This document shows positions 61,598 to 64,000 of a stretch of DNA of 64,000 nucleotides, one piece after another. Within the stretch, counting starts at the first letter, position 1. Each line of letters starts with the position of its first letter. The notes beneath the pieces were generated by a model. That model did no database searches and was not told the origin of the DNA. It saw only the letters and a program-made list of their open reading frames with translations. This stretch comes from Octopus bimaculoides (Eukaryota). The DNA lies in assembly GCF_001194135.2 (NCBI RefSeq), contig NC_068982.1, forward strand, positions 74,794,781 through 74,858,780. The letters are read 5' to 3'. Position numbers and translations under genes: made by a program.

Positions 61598-61621
61598 TTA
61601 AACCTGAAATCAAATACTTAC

Positions 61622-61695
61622 TCAATGTATTCCAGTTTATTCTCCTCACAAACTACAATGTCTTTTCCTCCAGGTTTTAGCTCTCGTTCAGCTCT
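61622..61695 (-). CDS. NEDD4: NEDD4 coding exon (74 nt, phase 0/2): RAERELKPGGKDIVVCEENKLEYI(D)
   Basis: Flanked by ttccag| and |gtaagt. Matches the HECT motif ELKPNG..I.VT.ENK.EYI. Not in the ORF track; found by reading the minus strand. Confidence 0.95.
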
Positions 61696-62697
61696 CTGGA
61701 ATTACATAAAATACACCTGAGATTGTGATATACAAACCTTACTCAAATAATAACAATGACAACATGGAGTTAAGTATCTTGCTTAACACCTACTGCAGAA
61801 TGATTTGGGATCCAAGTGCTTAACATGTAACCATTTGGTTATTTTGCACCATCCTCTACAGAAATTTCCTTTGACAGGAGTTAGATTGGTCCTTTGTTTG
61901 ATGGGTAATTTTCTTTCTTTTTCTCTGTGTGTGCACACGCGCACACATGTGTGTGTGTGTGTGTGCATGCTATACCTATTTTACTGGTGTCAGCTATCAT
62001 GGACCACCATGTGTGATTCTTCCTGGGAATTGTACAGCAATGGTCTCCCATTGCTTTCTGCCAGATTATTTACAGTTTACTCAGCTACTCTCCTAAGCTT
62101 ACCCACAAAGCACAAGGCTTATTTAACTCATAGACAAGGGAACTGGTTCATGTGACAGATATCAAGACATGTTGATACACCAGTGACATGTGTTGAGGGG
62201 TGAGACAACCCTTCCTCAAAATCCTGTATGTGTTAAGCATGGGACCAGCCTTTGCTATTTAACCCATAACTGGGGCCCTTGACAAGTTCTGCTACTCCAG
62301 GTCAAAAACTCTCAAGCTGAAGCCCTTACACCAGCTGTAGTTTCAACTTTCTTTGAAACCATTATAGAAACCATTACAAAGACTAGGGCAAATCTATTAA
62401 TTGTACTTCATTATTAGAGAAGTGTTTATACCCAAACCATCACACAAATATGAGTGATCATGAGGAATTGCACATCCTGATTTTGATAATTTCATTTCAG
62501 ATATTTTTTTTTTTTGTAATATTTCAATATATTTCTTGACCATTTCCATCTCAGCTGTTGTCAAACATTTCAACTATTTTCTGTATTAACTTTCTACTCA
62601 CATTCAAAACAATGATCATTCCTTTTTGTTTTTACTGGATATTGTAGAGAGTGTATCTATAACTGCATTAGCTTATTTTTTGCTGTTATAGCAAATA

Positions 62698-62765
62698 AAA
62701 AAAGTAGATGGTCAAAAGTAGATGGTCAGAAGTAGATGGTCAAAAAAAGTAGATGGTCAGAAGCT
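62698..62765 (+). repeat. Minisatellite, four copies of the 14-bp unit a(a/g)aagtagatggtc
   Basis: Direct reading. Confidence 0.9.
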
Positions 62766-62779
62766 TGAACAAGAAAATT

Positions 62780-63365
62780 CTTCAAGTATTAAGGACAAAT
62801 AATAAATCAGGCAGGCTGCTAAATAGAAGTTACTCAAAGAATAAACAAGGCTAAAAGAACATCAATAAGAATGTAAAAGATCTCCACTCCAAGAGAAATA
62901 ACACAGCACCTAAAATTGAGGGTAGTAAACTGTTATACTATGGCAATCATCTTCTACAGGGCTGAAATTTGGACAAATTACAGAGCAATGGAGAAGACAG
63001 AAGCTTTTGAGATGTAAATCTTTTGCAGATTTCATAGAATAAGCTGGAAAGATAGAGTAACAAATATTGCAGTTCTAGAAAAGATGAAAGTCCAAAGACT
63101 TCTGTTGTCAAGAATGAAGTCAACAAGGAAACCATGCTTTGGACATAGAATGCACCACCAGTCACTGACCAAGATCATCCTGACAGAAAGTGCTGAGAGA
63201 AAGAGAGCAAGAGGCTGTCAAAAAGGTTTATGAACTGATGGCATCAAAGAAAGGAGTGGAAACAAGAGCCTGATTGATTGTATACATGCAGCACAACGCA
63301 GCAGGAACTGGAGAGTCTTGGAAAGTCAATCCCTGGATACAGGGAGGGCACCTGGCTGATGATGA
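62780..63365 (+). mobile_element. Second, older RTE/BovB-like LINE 3' end in a NEDD4 intron
   Basis: FYRAEIWT...EAFEM...RISWKDRVTN.AVLEKM...FGHRM; ends gctgatgatga. Confidence 0.7.
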
Positions 63366-63754
63366 GTATGATTTGTGAGAAATTTGGCTGCAAATTTTAA
63401 CAGAACAAATGAATACTCTAAAAGTTCTGTTGTTGAAGAACTGGAAGAAAATAACAAGCTACTCAAACTACAAAATTGTACCTCATGGATATCAGAGCAG
63501 ACAGTGTAATTCTCCACAACTGTAGAGGTACAGAACATGGAATCCTCAAACTATCAGGAAATATGAATTCTCCTGAGAATGTTATATATAACAGATTGCC
63601 ATCTTTATCTAAAGGGAGATGTATTTTACACTTGTCAAAGTCATGACACTTTAAGTACTGGACTTTAATAAAACAACTTAGGGATCCTCCTTAGGGATTT
63701 GCATTTATATGACAATACAGCCAAAATCTGACAATATAATGAAAATATACTTAC

Positions 63755-63850
63755 CTCTCCAAAATAGTCTTCTTCTACACAGAATCTGATATCAAGTTCT
63801 GTTGGGTCATTTTCTTTAATCCACACTAATGAATTATGGTATTCAGAATC
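63755..63850 (-). CDS. NEDD4: NEDD4-family HECT E3 ligase, internal coding exon (96 nt, phase 0/0): [32 protein letters not shown]
   Basis: Flanked by ttgcag| and |gtaagt. The peptide matches the NEDD4/NEDD4L HECT N-lobe ([27 protein letters not shown]). Upstream exons lie beyond the window. Confidence 0.96.
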
Positions 63851-63968
63851 CTGCAAATCACATGAAACAAATATTTCATAGTTAGTAAAATGACAATCAG
63901 CAGCATCATATACAACGATTAGTATCATAGAGTTGTATCCCTTTATTTTTGATTTCAAATCTCTAGGT

Positions 63969-64000
63969 CAGTGGTTCCCAACCTTTTCACAATGGTTCTC
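63969..64000 (+). mobile_element. Start of a hAT (Charlie/Buster-like) element at the window edge
   Basis: cagtggttcccaacctttt preceded by the 8-mer ctctaggt, which resembles the nTCTAGAn target site. Confidence 0.55.

Overview
This is a eukaryotic, AT-rich, repeat-dense draft-assembly window with nine N-gaps. The SINE/RTE repertoire points to an octopus genome (inference; no search run). One host gene is solidly supported: the last six coding exons of a NEDD4/NEDD4L-type HECT E3 ubiquitin ligase on the minus strand (63850 down to the stop at 51947). All splice phases join into a 223-aa HECT C-terminus ending ...[16 protein letters not shown]...TQGFEGVD*. Most of the rest is transposon debris: three tRNA-derived SINE families, RTE LINE fragments, mariner/Tc1/maT elements, hAT, piggyBac-type MITEs, Penelope-like GIY-YIG fragments, fold-back elements and microsatellites, often nested with readable TSDs. 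A CpG-retaining stretch near 36.4-38.4 kb looks like the promoter of a gene I could not identify. I found no rRNA, true tRNA or CRISPR array, and I cannot claim a clearly new system. The best leads are: (i) Penelope-like remnants with a degenerate hammerhead ribozyme, plus a small fold-back/tandem element family that may be retrozyme-like; (ii) near-perfect hairpins and a candidate poison micro-exon inside NEDD4 introns; (iii) the orphan promoter. Exon, TIR and TSD coordinates were counted by hand; boundaries of old repeats are approximate.
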